Program-made: the position numbers and the translations under genes
Assembly: GCA_037133055.1 (NCBI GenBank)
Contig: JBAXOY010000032.1
Span: 1 to 27,610 of the forward strand
Length of the DNA: 27,610 bases
Source of the DNA: Chlamydiota bacterium
GTDB lineage: Bacteria; Auribacterota; Tritonobacteria; UBA1439
Direction: 5' to 3'
Notes under the pieces: model-generated
The model's database searches: none
Told to the model about the DNA's origin: nothing
What the model saw: the letters and a program-made list of their open reading frames with translations, nothing else
In this document: in pieces, positions 25,507 through 27,610 of the stretch
How positions within the stretch are numbered: position 1 is the stretch's first letter
Layout of the letters: each line of letters starts with the position of its first letter

Positions 25507-25939
25507 ACTCCGGTGCGTCCCGCTGCTGTGCGCCCTGCCGCTCATCGCCCTGTCGTGCGGCGACGAGCCGCCGCGGCTGAAGCTCGACACGGGCGTGCTC
25601 CGGGTCGGGGGGCGCGAGATCATGGCCGAGATCGCGCGCACTCCTTCCGAGATGTCCCGCGGCCTCATGTACCGCCGCTCCCTCGGGAAGGAATGCGGGA
25701 TGCTCTTCGCCTATGAGACGCCGCGGAACCTGAGCTTCTGGATGAAGAACACGCGCATCCCGCTCGACATCGCGTTCCTCGACGACGGGGGGAGGATCCT
25801 CCAGGTCGAGGAGATGCAACCGTACGACGAGCTGGGCCGCACCGTTTCACGCGAGCCCGCCCGGTACGCGCTCGAGATGAACCGGGGCTGGTTCGCGGCG
25901 AACGGCGTGACGGTGGGGGACGTGGTCCAGATACCGTGA
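25496..25939 (+). CDS. DUF192 family lipoprotein
   Basis: GGAGGGG then GTG 25496. Lipobox IALS|C, EIARTP...RGLMYR, GMLF, FWMKNTRIPLDIAF, YALEMNRG. Confidence 0.9.
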   Translation: MRRELRCVPLLCALPLIALSCGDEPPRLKLDTGVLRVGGREIMAEIARTPSEMSRGLMYRRSLGKECGMLFAYETPRNLSFWMKNTRIPLDIAFLDDGGRILQVEEMQPYDELGRTVSREPARYALEMNRGWFAANGVTVGDVVQIP

Positions 25940-26877
25940 GAATCCTCTTCATGGGAACCCCGGAGTTCGCCGTGCCCTCCCTCGACGCGCTCGCCGGGGG
26001 CGGGCAGGAGGTGTGCGCCGCGGCCACGCAGCCCGACAGGCCGCGGGGCAGGAATCTCGCCGTCGCCGCCACGCCGGTGAAGCGCCGCGCGGGCGAACTG
26101 GGGCTGCGCGTACTCCAGCCCGCGGATCCCGGCGATGCGGCGTTTATCGGGGAGGTCCGCGAGATGAACCCCGACCTGATCGCGGTGGTCGCGTACGGGA
26201 ACTTCCTGCCGCCGGCGCTCTGGGGGCTTCCCCCGCGCGGCACGATCAACCTGCACCCGTCGCTCCTGCCGAAGTACCGCGGCGCGGCGCCGATCCCGCG
26301 CGCGATCCTGAACGGCGACCGCGAGACCGGGGTGACGGTGCTCTACCTCGGCGCGGGGATGGACGCGGGCGACATTGTCGCGCAGGAGCGGGCGCCGATT
26401 TCCGCGGACGACACCGGCGGGACGCTCGCGGCGGCGCTCGCGAGGCGCGGGGGCGGGCTGCTGCTCGCCGCGGTGCGGTCGATCGAAAAGGGGACCGCCG
26501 CCCGGATCCCCCAGGATGAATCGGCGGCGACGTTCGCCCCGAAACTCGAGAAGTCCGACGGGCTTATCGACTGGCGCCTTTCCGCCGAGGACCTCGCGCG
26601 GAGGGTGCGGGCGCTCCGGCCGTGGCCGGGGACATTCACCTTCGCCCCGTCGCGGGGCGGAACGCGCCTCCTCAAGATACTGGAGGCGTCGGCACGCGCC
26701 GGGGATGCCGGCGAGACGGGAAGGGTGCTGCGATGCGACAGCGTGGGGATACACGTGGGCACGGGGAGCGGAAGCCTCGTCATCCGGGTGGTGCAGCCGG
26801 AGGGCGGAAGGGCCATGACGGCCCTCGAGTTCGTCCGCGGCACGAGGGATCTGGCGGGGACGATGCTCGGCCGATGA
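25936..26877 (+). CDS. fmt: Methionyl-tRNA formyltransferase
   Basis: MRILFMGTPEFAVPSL, TQPDRPRGR, INLHPSLLPKYRGAAPI, GMDAGD, IDW, PWPG, VQPEGGRAM. Confidence 0.97.
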   Translation: MRILFMGTPEFAVPSLDALAGGGQEVCAAATQPDRPRGRNLAVAATPVKRRAGELGLRVLQPADPGDAAFIGEVREMNPDLIAVVAYGNFLPPALWGLPPRGTINLHPSLLPKYRGAAPIPRAILNGDRETGVTVLYLGAGMDAGDIVAQERAPISADDTGGTLAAALARRGGGLLLAAVRSIEKGTAARIPQDESAATFAPKLEKSDGLIDWRLSAEDLARRVRALRPWPGTFTFAPSRGGTRLLKILEASARAGDAGETGRVLRCDSVGIHVGTGSGSLVIRVVQPEGGRAMTALEFVRGTRDLAGTMLGR

Positions 26878-26901
26878 GGGGTGCGGCAGCGCCCGCCACT
26901 C

Positions 26902-26943
26902 ACGAACCGGCGAATGGGCGAGACGGTGAGCGGGCGACTTCAA
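26902..26943 (+). repeat. Solo left arm of family A element
   Basis: GAACCGGC-GAATGGGC-GAGACGGT-GAGCGGGC-GACTTCAA, with the same 8-bp period and GGGCGACTT junction as 7729-7765. Confidence 0.75.
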
Positions 26944-27029
26944 CGCGGCAACCGCGCCCACACGCCGGCGCGCCGGGTCATGTCTCAGCGCCCGCCCCCA
27001 TCCCGTGGTACGACCGTGTCCGGAAACGG

Positions 27030-27610
27030 ATGCCGCGCCCTGCGCGCAGTCAGGGGAGCGGCGAGCCCGGCAAGTCGTCGAAAGAGCATCATCCGCGAGG
27101 ACCGACGGGAGAGAGGAAGGGCCGTGGCCCGGGATACCGTTCGAGGCCGGAGGGGTTTCGCCGGGACGACAGGCGACCGCGGCGCAGGGACGAAGCGGGG
27201 GGCGCGCGTCCGGAGAGAGGGCCCGGCGAGGCGCCGAAGAAGCACTATCCGCGCGGCCAGGCCGGAGAGCGGAAGGGCGGCGGCCCGGGATACCGCCCGA
27301 GGCCGGAGGGGTTTCGCCGGGACGACAGGTGGCCTCGGCGCGTTGACGAAGCGGGGGGCGCGCGTCCGGAGAGAGGGCCCGGCAAGGCGTCGAAAGAGCA
27401 TCATCCGCGCGGCCAGGCCGGAGAGCGGAAGGGCGGCGGCCCGGGATACCGTTCGAGGCCGGAGGGGTTTCGCCGGGACGACAGGCGGCCTCGGCGCGGG
27501 GACGAAGCGGGGGGCGCGCGTCCGGAGAGAGGGCCCGGCAAGGCGTCGAAAGAGTATCATCCGCGCGGCCAGGCCGGAGAGCGGAAGGGCGGCGGCCCGG
27601 GATACCGTTC
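27030..27610 (+). CDS. N-terminal part of a protein with 52-aa Arg/Gly/Pro-rich repeats (partial; possibly RsmB by position after fmt)
   Basis: Frame from ATG 27030 is open to the window end: MPRPARSQGSGEPGKSSKEHHPRGPTGERKGRGPGYRSRPEGFRRDDRRPRRRDEAGGARPERGPGEAPKKHYPRGQAGERKGGGPGYRPRPEGFRRDDRW... It is missing from the ORF track because no stop lies in the window. Confidence 0.55.
   Translation, partial: MPRPARSQGSGEPGKSSKEHHPRGPTGERKGRGPGYRSRPEGFRRDDRRPRRRDEAGGARPERGPGEAPKKHYPRGQAGERKGGGPGYRPRPEGFRRDDRWPRRVDEAGGARPERGPGKASKEHHPRGQAGERKGGGPGYRSRPEGFRRDDRRPRRGDEAGGARPERGPGKASKEYHPRGQAGERKGGGPGYR
27065..27610. repeat. 156-bp tandem repeat, about 3.5 copies, truncated by the window end
   Basis: Anchor GAAAGAGCATCATCCGCG and its variants recur at 27080, 27236, 27392 and 27548 (exact 156-bp period). 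Confidence 0.95.

Noticed and set aside
26985..27560. Minus-strand 191-aa repeat ORF as the real gene
   Set aside because: It is the exact antisense of the + frame from 27030, which fits operon direction and has a more typical disordered-tail composition. Not fully excluded.
27065..27610. Possible CRISPR array
   Set aside because: Whole 156-bp units are repeated with no unique spacers, and the period is a multiple of three. No cas genes are present.

Overview
GC-rich bacterial chromosomal segment, mostly housekeeping genes on the + strand: larB (3' end)-larC-pilT, polA-coaE-rho-rpmE-prfA-prmC-murA, a putative metal-dependent hydrolase, a nitroreductase, tRNA-His, an Hpt plus single-domain response regulator pair, trpB2, and def-galE-(DUF1189-like)-(DUF192)-fmt. 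The window ends inside an ORF built from 156-bp tandem repeats. A minus-strand operon encodes PilV/PilW/PilX-like minor pilins with unusual inserted modules. It is divergent from a 1197-aa secreted protein with two 8-bladed beta-propellers and Thr/Pro linkers. The most unusual signal is intergenic: many gaps hold hairpin-forming elements made of 7-, 8-, 9- and 10-bp-period micro-repeats. One (24512-24698) has 13-bp terminal inverted repeats, an AGG direct repeat on each side, and an internally deleted four-helix-bundle-like gene. Two others (9955-10210, 12962-13292) appear to have swapped termini around a cargo that includes murA. Another pair (5213-5302, 7729-7816) shares an identical arm but has an inverted core. 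No transposase, integrase, CRISPR array or rRNA is visible. Product calls come from motif recognition only; no database searches were run.
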